Part shown: positions 1 through 10,195 of the stretch, piece after piece
Layout: every line of letters starts with the position of its first letter
How positions within the stretch are numbered: the first letter of the stretch is position 1
From: an uncultured delta proteobacterium
Lineage (GTDB): Bacteria > Desulfobacterota > Desulfobacteria > Desulfobacterales > B30-G6
Length of the DNA: 64,000 nucleotides
Assembly: GCA_963823335.1 (NCBI GenBank)
Contig: CAWGLD010000001.1
Coordinates: 960,001 to 1,024,000, forward strand
Direction: 5' to 3'
Translations under genes and position numbers: made by a program
The notes under the pieces: generated by a model
Database searches by the model: none
The model's input: only the letters and a program-made list of their open reading frames with translations
Told to the model about the DNA's origin: nothing

Positions 1-384
1 GGTCTGGTGGTTGCCGGACAGCCCGCTCTCCAGGGAACCCACAATGGCCATGGCTCCCACACAATAAATCAGGCTTGCCGTCACAAACCCATTGGCGATG
101 CCCTCTTTGTCTCCTGACACCAGGCGCCCCAACCATTTTCCCAATCGTTCTAGCCGGTCTTCGATGCGCAGCAATTCGCCGATAGCACTGCCGATGGCCA
201 GGCTGATGATAATGAGTAAAATATCATCGGTTTTGAGGGCTGTTTTCAGGCCGATCAGAATCACGGCAAGACCGATGCCGTGCATAATGGTCTGGCTGTA
301 TTTTTCCGGAATACTGCCCTTGAAAAGAAGCCCGATGAGGCTTCCTGCGATGATTGCTACGGTGTTGACAATGGTCCCGAACAT
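1..384 (-). CDS. DUF554 family membrane protein (partial, runs off window start)
   Basis: Not in ORF track. Manual translation from ATG at 384: MFGTIVNTVAIIAGSLIG...GFVTASLIYCVGAMAIVGSLESGLSGNHQT, typical DUF554 motifs. Confidence 0.85.
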   Translation of the reverse strand, partial: MFGTIVNTVAIIAGSLIGLLFKGSIPEKYSQTIMHGIGLAVILIGLKTALKTDDILLIIISLAIGSAIGELLRIEDRLERLGKWLGRLVSGDKEGIANGFVTASLIYCVGAMAIVGSLESGLSGNHQT

Positions 385-538
385 GGGAATCGTTCCTTTC
401 AGTCAAATGTCATTGATGCACCTCGCATCAAACACTGTGACATACCCAAATATCTTGGAAAGAACAATCACTAAATAACATCGCTGCGTGCTGTTATCAG
501 ACCCGTCGTTGCCGCTTTAAAACATGTGGTTATCGGCA

Positions 539-736
539 TCATTTCTTCTTAAAGATCGGACATCGCCTACACATCTTTTTGAGTTGTAGTACGGTCTCAT
601 CAGACAACAGAAAAAGATGATCCTGGTTTATAATACTCAGACCCATAATAGCGTTCGTCTGATACGGGCAGACCATAGTGTTCCAGTTTTCACAACGTGC
701 AAACAACAATTCGGGGGTAATATAATGATCAATCAT
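539..736 (-). CDS. small hypothetical protein (65 aa, 4 Cys)
   Basis: ATG at 736 preceded by AGGAG 8 nt upstream; MIDHYITPE...CENWNTMVC...CRRCPIFKKK. Confidence 0.5.
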   Translation of the reverse strand: MIDHYITPELLFARCENWNTMVCPYQTNAIMGLSIINQDHLFLLSDETVLQLKKMCRRCPIFKKK

Positions 737-894
737 GTGGTCGGCTCCTAACCCGATCATGACTGCACGCAAATCTGAAATGTGCAGATAAAAAGACTGA
801 TCACAAGATTGTCAGATTACGATAGGAATTCAATGCCGAATAACTGCGGTTTAACTACGGATTTTAATTAGGCAGACTGGTTACGCGGCGTAAA

Positions 895-1815
895 TTACCG
901 TTCCCCGCGCTTATAGGGCTCACCCAGCATGGCAGGCGCATTCAGTTTTCGCCGATCCCCCAGACCAATGATCAGCAGCACCGCCAATGTCGTCAGATAG
1001 GGCAGCATGGCCAGAAAATTGGGCGAAACACCCAAGGGCTGCAACAGATACTGAAGCACGAATATTCCGCCGAACAGAAAGGCACCGATGATGGCCCGTG
1101 TGGGATTCCAGAGCGCAAAAATGGTCAGAGCGATGACGATCCAACCCCTGCCGGCTGTCATGCCTTCAATCCATGACTTGCTGTAGGACACAGACAGATG
1201 GGCTCCGGCCATGCCCGAAAAGGCTCCCCCTGCCAGAACACAGGCATACCGTATCCAGGAGACATGAATTCCCTGGGCCTCGGTGGCCTTCGGGTTTTCC
1301 CCGGTGGATCGAATCTTGATGCCGATCCGCGTATGTTCCAGGGTAAACCACGCCGCAACGGCCAGAAGGATCGCCATATAAAAAAAGGGGCTTTGGCTAA
1401 AGAAAATGGGACCCACAAAGGGAATATCGGACAGAACCGGTATGGGAAACGTCTGCATTTTGACCACAAGCGGTTTGCCCACATAGGGTTTGCCCGCCAA
1501 CCCGGAAATGCCAAGCCCCAGCATGGTCAATGCCAGACCGGACACCACCTGATTCGACTGCAGGGTTATGGATGCAAAGGCGTGAACCAGTGAAATCAGC
1601 ATGCCGGCCAACACGGCGGCATAAAGCCCGAGCCAGGGGCTGTTGGTATAAAACGTGACAATGAAGGCCGTTACCGCCCCGATGGACATAACACCCTCTA
1701 CGCCCAGATTCAGAATTCCGGACCTTTCACAGAGGATCTCTCCGATGGTTCCCAAGAGCAAGGGGGTACCGGCGACCAATGTACGCTGGGCAACAGAAAT
1801 GATGATGTCTTCCAT
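895..1815 (-). CDS. nucleoside/simple-sugar ABC transporter permease 2
   Basis: ERSGILNLGVEG, GRGWIVIAL motifs; hydrophobic; operon context. Confidence 0.9.
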   Translation of the reverse strand: MEDIIISVAQRTLVAGTPLLLGTIGEILCERSGILNLGVEGVMSIGAVTAFIVTFYTNSPWLGLYAAVLAGMLISLVHAFASITLQSNQVVSGLALTMLGLGISGLAGKPYVGKPLVVKMQTFPIPVLSDIPFVGPIFFSQSPFFYMAILLAVAAWFTLEHTRIGIKIRSTGENPKATEAQGIHVSWIRYACVLAGGAFSGMAGAHLSVSYSKSWIEGMTAGRGWIVIALTIFALWNPTRAIIGAFLFGGIFVLQYLLQPLGVSPNFLAMLPYLTTLAVLLIIGLGDRRKLNAPAMLGEPYKRGER

Positions 1816-1830
1816 AAATCATACCCTATA

Positions 1831-2922
1831 TCATGAAATTTTCGAGTTGGACCAGACGAGTCTCACCTTGTTTTTGAGAAAGAACTCTCCCATGATCAGA
1901 AACACAAGCAGCGTTCCGTTAAAGACTTCCACGGTTGCCGCCGGAAGACCTAGGGAAATTTGAATGGCGTCTCCCCCCACCAGGATGCCGGCAAAAAAGA
2001 TACCCGAAACAATGACATAAAGCGGGTTCAATTTGGCTAACCAGGCCACGATTATGGCCGTATACCCGTAGCCCGAAGATATGCTGGCGGGATAACTCAA
2101 ATAGTGGTGAATACCCGCGACCTCCCCAACACCGGCTAGCCCGGCCACGCCGCCACTGACAGCCATGATGATCAGTGTTGTTTTAAAAAAATCGATACCG
2201 GCGTACTTTCCGGCATCAGGGTTTTCTCCGATAACCCTGACTTCATACCCAAAACGTGTCTTGTAGAGAACCACGGCCAGCAAGATAACCGAAAGAATGG
2301 CCAGAAACAGGGTAACATAGTGAATTCTGGACCCGGGCAGCAGACCCAGCGTTGCCGCGGCCGGCAGATCGTCCGTGTAGGGAAAACCGAATTTTGTCTT
2401 GCCTTTCCATGGGCCCACGATCAGAAAGATCAAGAACTCTGCGCAAATGTAATTCATCATCAACGTTGAGATTACTTCGTTGATGGCGTACTTAATCTTC
2501 AAAATAGCCGGTATCACGCCCCACAGTGCTCCCCCTGTAAAACCGGCCAGGAACATCAGGGGCACAATGACAACGGACGGTAGGTGCTGGGCCCAGGTGA
2601 GCCCCACCCAGGTACCAAAAATCGCTCCCATAAGGAGCTGACTTTCTGCTCCGATATTCCAGAATTTTGCCCTGAAAGCCATGGCCAGACCACCGCCAAT
2701 GAGAATCAGGGGAATGGCTTTTGTAATGGTCTCCTTGATCCCGTAAAAACTGCCAAACGAGCCGGAAAAAATTTTGTAAAAAGCAAACAAGGGATTCACA
2801 CCGGAAAGCAGGAAGATAAGCCCGATGGACAGCAGGCCTGCTCCCAATGATATCAGCAGGGTCAGTGCCGATATTTTGGGTGTGATCTTAATTCTGTCGG
2901 TTACGTTGATCCTCAACATCAT
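1831..2922 (-). CDS. nucleoside/simple-sugar ABC transporter permease 1
   Basis: WNIGAESQ, NEVISTLMMNY, GYGYTAIIVAWL motifs. Confidence 0.9.
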   Translation of the reverse strand: MMLRINVTDRIKITPKISALTLLISLGAGLLSIGLIFLLSGVNPLFAFYKIFSGSFGSFYGIKETITKAIPLILIGGGLAMAFRAKFWNIGAESQLLMGAIFGTWVGLTWAQHLPSVVIVPLMFLAGFTGGALWGVIPAILKIKYAINEVISTLMMNYICAEFLIFLIVGPWKGKTKFGFPYTDDLPAAATLGLLPGSRIHYVTLFLAILSVILLAVVLYKTRFGYEVRVIGENPDAGKYAGIDFFKTTLIIMAVSGGVAGLAGVGEVAGIHHYLSYPASISSGYGYTAIIVAWLAKLNPLYVIVSGIFFAGILVGGDAIQISLGLPAATVEVFNGTLLVFLIMGEFFLKNKVRLVWSNSKIS

Positions 2923-2940
2923 AAACCGCTTTGCAGGCCT

Positions 2941-4482
2941 CTATAAGGTCTTGTTTTTGAAATTCGACTCAACGCGTGTAGATCCTGTCATCATCATACC
3001 AATATCCGCCAGACGTGAATCGCGGGCATCCAGAATCCCCATGAATTCACCCTGAAAAATTACGGCAATCCGGTCACAAAGTTCAAAAATTTCCTCCAGG
3101 TCTTCAGAAACCAGCAATACGGCACCACCCTCTTTGCGGCGTTTCAATAGCAATTTGCGAAGATATTCCGTTGCCCCGACATCCAGTCCGTATGTCGGAT
3201 GAGATGCCACCAGCAGCGGAGGGGCTGCGTTGATTTCACGACCCAGAATCAATTTTTGAATGTTGCCGCCGGAAAGATTTTTTGTCTGAACCTGAATAGA
3301 GGGTGCCATCACCTGAAATGTCTTGATGAGGTTACGGGTGTGCTCTTTGATTTTTTTATAGGTCAAAAATTTATTGTTGGCGTATTTATCAAGATGGTGC
3401 TGTTTGAGAATCGCATTTTCATACAGATACAACCCTGGTGCAATCCCGAATTTGATGCGCTCTTCCGGCACATGGGAGATGCCGCTGTCATAGGCGACCC
3501 GGGGAGACACATTGGTGATATCCCGATCATGGATGTGCACGGATCCGCTATCGCTTTTTCTGAGACCGGTGATGGCTTCCACGAGTTCCCGCTGGCCGTT
3601 ACCGGAAACACCTGCAATGCCAAAAATTTCATTTTGATAGATATTGAAGGTGACATCATTTACCGCAGGAAGCCCTTTGTCACCCGTAACACAGAGGTGC
3701 TTGACCTTCAGAACCTCTGTGCTTCTGGGCATCTCGTCTTTTTCAATGTCAAAAACAACATCCCGGCCGATCATCATCCGGGCCAGTGCTTTTATATCGA
3801 CCGCTTTGGTTTCCGCATGTCCGGTAACCTTGCCCTTGCTCAGAACAGTTACCCGGTCACAAAGTTCCATGATTTCGCCCAGTTTATGGCTGATCAAGAT
3901 AATCAGGTGGCCCTCGGTCTTCATCTTTTGAAGAATAACGAACAGATCTTTGATTTCCTGAGGTGTCAACACCGAGGTCGGTTCATCCAGGATAAGAAGG
4001 CCCGCACCGTTGAAGAGGGCCTTGATGATTTCTATCCGTTGCTGTTCACCCGCTGAAAGCTGCCAGACTTTTTTCTGCGGATCGATTATTAAATTAAATT
4101 TTTTTGAAAACTGAACAATACTGTCGTTGATTTTTTTCTGAGGAAAAAAGAAAGGGGTCTGTTTGTATCCCAGGGCAATGTTTTCGCCGGCGGTATGGTT
4201 CTGGATCAGCATGAAATGCTGGTGGACCATGCCGATGCCCAACTGAATCGATTCCAGCGGTGACCGAATTTTAACGGCTGTTCCATTTATCCGAATCTCA
4301 CCTGAATCCGGCTGATACAATCCGTAAAGGATATTCATCAGCGTGGTTTTACCGGCACCGTTTTCGCCCAGCAAGCCCAAGATCTCCCCGGATTGTATTG
4401 ATAGACATATCCGGTCATTGGCCGGAATGCCGTTGAATGCTTTTGAAATGTCGACCATTTCCAGCTGTTCAATTTTCTTCAT
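2941..4482 (-). CDS. ABC transporter ATP-binding protein (two ATPase domains)
   Basis: Walker A GENGAGKTT, LILDEPT, LSGGNIQK; start set at ATG 4482. Confidence 0.92.
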   Translation of the reverse strand: MKKIEQLEMVDISKAFNGIPANDRICLSIQSGEILGLLGENGAGKTTLMNILYGLYQPDSGEIRINGTAVKIRSPLESIQLGIGMVHQHFMLIQNHTAGENIALGYKQTPFFFPQKKINDSIVQFSKKFNLIIDPQKKVWQLSAGEQQRIEIIKALFNGAGLLILDEPTSVLTPQEIKDLFVILQKMKTEGHLIILISHKLGEIMELCDRVTVLSKGKVTGHAETKAVDIKALARMMIGRDVVFDIEKDEMPRSTEVLKVKHLCVTGDKGLPAVNDVTFNIYQNEIFGIAGVSGNGQRELVEAITGLRKSDSGSVHIHDRDITNVSPRVAYDSGISHVPEERIKFGIAPGLYLYENAILKQHHLDKYANNKFLTYKKIKEHTRNLIKTFQVMAPSIQVQTKNLSGGNIQKLILGREINAAPPLLVASHPTYGLDVGATEYLRKLLLKRRKEGGAVLLVSEDLEEIFELCDRIAVIFQGEFMGILDARDSRLADIGMMMTGSTRVESNFKNKTL

Positions 4483-4502
4483 TCGTATTCCACAAAAAGA
4501 AA

Positions 4503-4530
4503 ATGGGGGCTGCCCAAGGTCAACCCCCAT
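4503..4530 (-). terminator. stem-loop after substrate-binding gene (stabiliser or partial terminator)
   Basis: ATGGGGG...CCCCCAT inverted repeat followed by T-rich run on the minus strand. Confidence 0.45.
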
Positions 4531-4548
4531 ATATTTTTGAAAGGGTCC

Positions 4549-5703
4549 TTATTTGGGAATACTTCCCGCGACATTATCCACGAAATACATGATACTGAGC
4601 AAATCCTCTTTGGATGCCCGCGTACCCGCTTTAATCTGGAGATTGCCGGTGTTGTCATAAACAGGGCCATCATATGGATCGAAGACATCCGGGCCCTGCA
4701 TCATCTGGTCATATCGTTTTACCACCAGGTCATAGGCGGATATTTTTCCAAAATCCTTGCTGTCGAGCATGATGGATTTCAGGTCACCCTCGAACTTCTT
4801 GTTGACGATGCCATCAAAGTCACCACCCAGCAATACGGCTTTCTCTTTGGCCAACCACCAGTAATCCTTATTGGTCCAGGTTCCGTCATAGAGATCCTGA
4901 AGAATTTTAACATACATGACCCCCCAGTCTGCCAGTTGACCGGAAACAACCGAATCAACCCCGTAGGCCTGCATGGGGCTGTAATGGCTGTAAGTGTAAA
5001 TCTGTTTTCCCTTTTCGCTGTGTTCCTGACCGACTTCAATCACGGCCGGGGTGTCTTCCGTAAAAGCGAGCGTATCACAGCCCTCGGCAATAAGGGATTC
5101 CGCAGCCTCTTTGGCCTTGTCCGGGCCATACCAGGCATAGATCCACTTGACATGAACCTTTGCGGCTGGGTTGGTCTCTTTTATACCCAGGGCAAATGCG
5201 TCGATATGTCGAATCAGTTCAGGAATTGGAAATGCGGCAACATACCCGATTTTATTGCTCTTTGTCATGGCTCCCGCCATGAGACCATTCAGGTAATACA
5301 TCTGATAAAGATCGCCAAAATAGGTGCCGACGTTCTCGGTCTGCTTAAAACCGGAACAATGCATGAAGTGTTTGTTGGGGTATTTCTTGCCGGCTTTAAT
5401 CGTGTCGTCCATGTAGCCGAAGGACGTCGTGAAAACAACATCGCATTTCTCTTCCTGGATAAACCGATCGACTATTCTGGCTGAATCGGCCTCAGCCACC
5501 GATTCGATAAAAACAGTTTCAAGCCAGGGCAGTTTTTCCTCGGCAAACTTTCGACCAACATCATGGGCATGCGACCAACCATAGTCACCCACCGGGCCCA
5601 CATAGACGAATCCTGCCTTGAGTTTTTTGTCGTCTGCAGCCGCAATTCCAGTAGCTAGCAGCATACAAAGACAGACAACTAACAAGTGATAAAAACGTTT
5701 CAT
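4549..5703 (-). CDS. BMP family ABC substrate-binding protein (likely purine nucleoside)
   Basis: Signal peptide; GFVYVGPVGDYGWSHAH, TTSFGYMD motifs. Confidence 0.9.
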   Translation of the reverse strand: MKRFYHLLVVCLCMLLATGIAAADDKKLKAGFVYVGPVGDYGWSHAHDVGRKFAEEKLPWLETVFIESVAEADSARIVDRFIQEEKCDVVFTTSFGYMDDTIKAGKKYPNKHFMHCSGFKQTENVGTYFGDLYQMYYLNGLMAGAMTKSNKIGYVAAFPIPELIRHIDAFALGIKETNPAAKVHVKWIYAWYGPDKAKEAAESLIAEGCDTLAFTEDTPAVIEVGQEHSEKGKQIYTYSHYSPMQAYGVDSVVSGQLADWGVMYVKILQDLYDGTWTNKDYWWLAKEKAVLLGGDFDGIVNKKFEGDLKSIMLDSKDFGKISAYDLVVKRYDQMMQGPDVFDPYDGPVYDNTGNLQIKAGTRASKEDLLSIMYFVDNVAGSIPK

Positions 5704-5894
5704 TTTCTGCTCCTTTTGGTTTAATTTGGATGGATTTTTATCTTTTCGGACCTGTCATTTTAAAAAATGGCGCAAACATCAGCTTTGCAGCTTAGCGCAT
5801 AAAACCGAAAATATTAAAGAGCATTCATACGATAGTCTCCTCACCGAAGTCAACCACTTGATGGATCCAAAACATACCTTTTCTTGCTTTGTTG

Positions 5895-5922
5895 TTGACA
5901 TAGAAAAAGATTGCGGTATAGA
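5895..5922 (+). promoter_or_regulatory. putative sigma70 promoter of oadG-oadB
   Basis: TTGACA-16 nt-TATAGA upstream of 5957. Confidence 0.4.
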
Positions 5923-5956
5923 GCTTTCCTAAGCTTACACGATCATCTGTATAGAC

Positions 5957-6385
5957 ATGGAGGTACAAAACGTGTACGGACTCGAAGCAATTAAGGCCTA
6001 CAACGGTTGGGCCATGGCCATTACAGGCGCCGTCATCGTCATGATAGGCCTCACCATTCTGTCATTTATTATATCCCAGCTTCATCGGATCATCGATATC
6101 GTCGACAATCGAAATAACCGCAAGGCAAAAAAAAAATCAGCCCGGAGCCAAACAGCTGTTTCGGAAACCAAAGCGGTGATGACGCCCCTTTCGGATCTGA
6201 GCGAAACAATGAATCGTTTCAAGCCATTGACACAGAAAGCCGGCGATACCTTCGATCTGGCAGCACTTTTTCAGATCTTCATTCACCATGACGACCCACA
6301 CCCGCACCTGACCATTCGTTCATTAAGAGAACAAGGTTTTTTGATTCCGGCCGGGGAAGGTCTTTTCTCCTGGAAACTTCAATAG
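5957..6385 (+). CDS. oadG: OadG family Na+-translocating decarboxylase gamma subunit
   Basis: Single N-terminal TM helix then polar tail; directly upstream of beta subunit. Confidence 0.65.
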   Translation: MEVQNVYGLEAIKAYNGWAMAITGAVIVMIGLTILSFIISQLHRIIDIVDNRNNRKAKKKSARSQTAVSETKAVMTPLSDLSETMNRFKPLTQKAGDTFDLAALFQIFIHHDDPHPHLTIRSLREQGFLIPAGEGLFSWKLQ

Positions 6386-6407
6386 TACGACCTAAAAGGT
6401 TAATTGC

Positions 6408-7535
6408 ATGGATTTATTTATCCAATTTCTAACCAACACCGGCTATTATCTGGCAGACTATCGGAACCTGATCATGCTCGTGATCGGCTGCACATTTGTT
6501 TATCTGGCCATCGGCAAGAAATATGAACCGTTACTGCTACTGCCCATCGGTTTTGGTGTTATCGTCGGAAACATCCCCTTCTTCAAAGGTTTCGGGCTGG
6601 GCATCTACGAGCCGAACAGTGTCCTTCACTACCTCTATTTCGGTGTCACGACTGGACTGTATCCGTCTATTGTCTTTTTAGGGCTGGGTGCCATGACCGA
6701 TTTCTCATCGCTGCTGGTACGTCCAAAGCTCATGATGTTGGGTGCGGCAGCCCAAATGGGCATATATTTCACATTACTAAGTGCCCTTGCATTCGGATTT
6801 CTACCCAAGGAGGCCGCCTCCATCGCTATTATCGGTGGTGCCGATGGACCAACGTCCATCTTTTTAACCGCCAAGCTGGCGCCCCATCTGATTGGACCTG
6901 TTGCCATCGCCGCCTATTCCTATATGGCCCTGATTCCCATCATACAGCCGCCCATCATGCGCCTTCTGACAACCAGGAAAGAGCGCCTCATAAAAATGCC
7001 GGACATCGAAAGAACCGTCTCACGCAAAGAACTGCTCCTTTTTCCGGTTATCGGTGTCATCCTGTGCTGCTTTCTGGCACCGGCATCGATTCCGCTATTG
7101 GGAACCTTCTTCTTTGGCAACATTATGAAAGTGTCCGGTGTGGTCGACCGCCTGGCCAAGACAGCCGCTTCTTCAATTATCGATACCGCCACCATCTTTC
7201 TGGGTCTTACCGTCGGTGCCAGCACCCAGGGAGATGTTTTTCTAACTCCAAAATCAGTCGGCATTTTCGTTCTCGGTGCCGTGGCTTTCAGTATTGCAAC
7301 AGCCTCGGGAGTACTTTTTGCAAAGCTGATGAATCTGTTCACGAAATCGAAGATTAACCCCCTTCTCGGGGCAGCCGGCGTATCCGCGGTACCAGGTTCT
7401 GCCAGAGAAGTCCATCTGGTGGGTCAGAAAGAAGATCCCAGCAATTATCTGCTCATGCATGCCATGGCCGCAAATTCGTCGGGTGTTATTGGATCGGCGA
7501 TCTGTGCTGGTATCTTGTGGAGTTTTTTAGCATAA
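6408..7535 (+). CDS. oadB: Na+-translocating decarboxylase beta subunit
   Basis: YEPLLLLPIGFG, IIGGADGPTSI, NPLLGAAGVSAVP motifs. Confidence 0.93.
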   Translation: MDLFIQFLTNTGYYLADYRNLIMLVIGCTFVYLAIGKKYEPLLLLPIGFGVIVGNIPFFKGFGLGIYEPNSVLHYLYFGVTTGLYPSIVFLGLGAMTDFSSLLVRPKLMMLGAAAQMGIYFTLLSALAFGFLPKEAASIAIIGGADGPTSIFLTAKLAPHLIGPVAIAAYSYMALIPIIQPPIMRLLTTRKERLIKMPDIERTVSRKELLLFPVIGVILCCFLAPASIPLLGTFFFGNIMKVSGVVDRLAKTAASSIIDTATIFLGLTVGASTQGDVFLTPKSVGIFVLGAVAFSIATASGVLFAKLMNLFTKSKINPLLGAAGVSAVPGSAREVHLVGQKEDPSNYLLMHAMAANSSGVIGSAICAGILWSFLA

Positions 7536-7545
7536 GGAGGTTCCC

Positions 7546-7842
7546 ATGCTCGCCAAAATCTTGATCGAAAGACAGTTTACATTGGGTAACGAAAAAGAGA
7601 TTCTTTCCCTTCTCAACAAATTACGCTCCCTCGCTATGGATCAGACGGGATATATTTCCGGTTTGACCATGACGGCCCCTGATGATCCTGGAAACATGAT
7701 GGTTATCAGTACCTGGCAGACCCTTGACAGCTGGCATTCATGGAAAGAAAACATGGAACGGAAAAATCTGGAGGCCATGCTGGACATCTACCAGGAAAAA
7801 CCGACCTCATACCGGGAATATGTGGTGGGGATGGGCTTTTAG
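7546..7842 (+). CDS. antibiotic biosynthesis monooxygenase (ABM) family protein
   Basis: 98 aa; GYISG...VISTW...W pattern; SD AAGGAGG. Confidence 0.75.
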   Translation: MLAKILIERQFTLGNEKEILSLLNKLRSLAMDQTGYISGLTMTAPDDPGNMMVISTWQTLDSWHSWKENMERKNLEAMLDIYQEKPTSYREYVVGMGF

Positions 7843-8177
7843 CATGAGCCATAACATCAAGCGGGTTTAATTTTCCATTCATTGATGACAGCATGCCTGC
7901 ATCTCTTCTGGAGTGAAGATTGACCTGCCGGATACCTTAATAGGAATGACACTGGCCCCGGGGTTCTGCAGGATAGTGTTTCTGCGCGTCCAGTCATGTA
8001 TTAGCTTGTATCCTTTTTTCCCAGACGATCCAAACAGCAGCGGGCTGAATTGTGCCTAACGCATTGAAATAACTGCTATTAAATGTCTGCTTTTGCTGCA
8101 GGCTTCCAAAGCCCCATAACTACGCTACCCGCGTTTCAGACGTTCATTGCGGGTCTACGATAAGGAGCACGTTTTTT

Positions 8178-8792
8178 ATGAGCCTACTTTCCAGCGCCGT
8201 TTCCATTAACCGCTACCGGGTCAAGGGCAAGTTAGATGACCCCATAACCGACTCGGTTTTTGTCGGATTAAAAAATCATATGCTACCCGATATTGACGAC
8301 ATTGAATCCGCCGACTCGGCAGGCTGGACGTCCTTCCAGGAGCCGTTTACCCCCAGCTTTGAAGGCTCTTCGTTTGTTTACGGGAATTATTTCGTTTTTG
8401 CATTGAGAATCGACAAAAAGACCATCCCATCAAAATTGGTTCAAAAGTATATGGCCATCGAAATTGCCAAAAAGTGCCAGGCCACCAGCCGGGAGTTTCT
8501 ATCCAGGAATGAAAAAAAAATGATCAAGGAAAACGTGATCAGTCTTTTAGGTCTCCGCATTCCTGCAACACCTAACATTTACACTGTGCTGTGGAATTAT
8601 GAAGCATCTCTCGTCTGGTTTTTTACCCATCTCAAAGGACCAAACGAAGAACTTGAAACACTTTTTAAAACCTCTTTTGGCCTGGTTCTGACCCGCATTT
8701 TTCCCTTTACATTTTCAGAATCGGCCCCTGGATTGTCCGGTTTTGACCTCGACCTGCTGACCACCCTATCACCAACAAAAATCCTGAGGTAA
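8178..8792 (+). CDS. rdgC: RdgC-family recombination-associated protein (short form)
   Basis: SAGW, FALRIDKKTIPS motifs resembling the RdgC N-terminal half; SD AAGGAG. Confidence 0.65.
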   Translation: MSLLSSAVSINRYRVKGKLDDPITDSVFVGLKNHMLPDIDDIESADSAGWTSFQEPFTPSFEGSSFVYGNYFVFALRIDKKTIPSKLVQKYMAIEIAKKCQATSREFLSRNEKKMIKENVISLLGLRIPATPNIYTVLWNYEASLVWFFTHLKGPNEELETLFKTSFGLVLTRIFPFTFSESAPGLSGFDLDLLTTLSPTKILR

Positions 8793-8796
8793 ACCG

Positions 8797-9342
8797 ATGC
8801 TTGACATTGCAACTGCCTATAATCGTTATAAATTTCTCGGCCATGAATTCCTGACATGGCTCTGGTATCTTGTCGAAACCGATGGGCACCGCTTGGGGCA
8901 AACCGAACCGACCGCCATCGTTCTGGCCCTTGGAAAACGTATTGTTCTTGAAAACCCCCGGGAAAATCACGCTGAAAAGGTTACCATCAAGGGGGATTAC
9001 GCCAATTTCGATGCCGGTATCTTGCCCCTGCGACAGGGCTCCCTCGTTACCGAACTTTCCCTCGAAGCAAAATCGACTGGGATGACATGGGATTTCAATC
9101 TCAAAGGCGAAAGCCTTTCTGTTTCCGGGATGAGAATGTCCTCTACCGGTCCCATAGAGTCGTTGGATGATGTCGAAGGAGCACTGCTGGAAAAGATTTA
9201 TTTGCTCGAAACTATCCTACAGTTTATCGACACCCTTTTTGAGCGGTTTATTAGAATGCGGGTCACAAATGAATGGGACGACAGGGTGGTTCCCCAAATC
9301 CGGCAGTGGATTATCAAAAATGAAGAGCGCTCAAACCTTTAA
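8797..9342 (+). CDS. conserved hypothetical protein coupled to rdgC
   Basis: FLGHEFLTWLWY motif; 4 nt after rdgC stop. Confidence 0.7.
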   Translation: MLDIATAYNRYKFLGHEFLTWLWYLVETDGHRLGQTEPTAIVLALGKRIVLENPRENHAEKVTIKGDYANFDAGILPLRQGSLVTELSLEAKSTGMTWDFNLKGESLSVSGMRMSSTGPIESLDDVEGALLEKIYLLETILQFIDTLFERFIRMRVTNEWDDRVVPQIRQWIIKNEERSNL

Positions 9343-10195
9343 TGGAAAAACCGGTTCCTTTCATTACATTGACTGGGGCGGAAACGGTCCCCTGGTCCAT
9401 TTCTCACATGCCACGGGATTATGCGCCCACAGCTATACCCCCCTTGCATGTCGAATGACCCCCTATCTGCGTGTCATCGGTATGGATGATCGGGGACACG
9501 GCAAAACGACAGCCCCCGCAGACGCCCGCAAACTTCATAGCTGGGAAACATTTATCGATGATCTGGATATATTTTTATCCTCACTCCAGGAACCGATTAT
9601 CGCCATAGGCCACTCAAGAGGTGCGGTTGTCAGCATGCTCCTGGCCTTGCGGCGACCGGATCTCATCCGTGCCCTCGTTCTTATCGACCCGACAATTCTT
9701 CCTTTTTGGGTCATGTGGCTGGTCTACCTGGCCAAACAAACCGGACTAAACAGATATATCCCCATCGCTGCCAGGGCTGCCAAAAGAAATGACGTCTGGC
9801 CTGACAGAAAGACCATTTTCGATACCTACCAGTCAAAAAGTATGTTCAAGACATGGAAAAAGGGGTTTCTGGAAGCATATATCGAAGACGGAACCAGAAT
9901 TGGGGATGATGGTCGGATACATCTCTCCTGTAAACCCGCATGGGAAGCCCGGTGTTTTTCAGTGTATCCCCATGATCTCTGGCGGCATATTCCCGCCCTT
10001 GAACAGCCCACGCTTGTTCTTTACGGAGAGAACTCGGACACCTTCCTGGAAAGTGCCGCTAAACGCTTTCGGTCAAAGGTCCCCCATGCCCACATACAGT
10101 GTTTCAAAAACACCAGCCACTTCGTGCCCATGGAAAAACCAGCCGAAACAGCCCGCGCCATACGTTCTTTTGTCAAAACGTATTACTCTCAGTAA
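9320..10195 (+). CDS. alpha/beta hydrolase
   Basis: DDRGHG, GHSRG nucleophile elbow, SHFVPME; ATG at 9320 overlaps upstream gene. Confidence 0.88.
   Translation: MKSAQTFNGKTGSFHYIDWGGNGPLVHFSHATGLCAHSYTPLACRMTPYLRVIGMDDRGHGKTTAPADARKLHSWETFIDDLDIFLSSLQEPIIAIGHSRGAVVSMLLALRRPDLIRALVLIDPTILPFWVMWLVYLAKQTGLNRYIPIAARAAKRNDVWPDRKTIFDTYQSKSMFKTWKKGFLEAYIEDGTRIGDDGRIHLSCKPAWEARCFSVYPHDLWRHIPALEQPTLVLYGENSDTFLESAAKRFRSKVPHAHIQCFKNTSHFVPMEKPAETARAIRSFVKTYYSQ

Noticed and set aside
92..478. 128-aa plus-strand ORF
   Set aside because: Antisense to the DUF554 gene
6127..6136. A10 run in oadG
   Set aside because: Encodes a Lys-rich linker in frame; A-runs are common in this window
7843..8177. 335-bp intergenic gap as ncRNA or small ORF
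   Set aside because: No recognisable RNA motif; the ~46-aa minus-strand ORF lacks a good SD or motif
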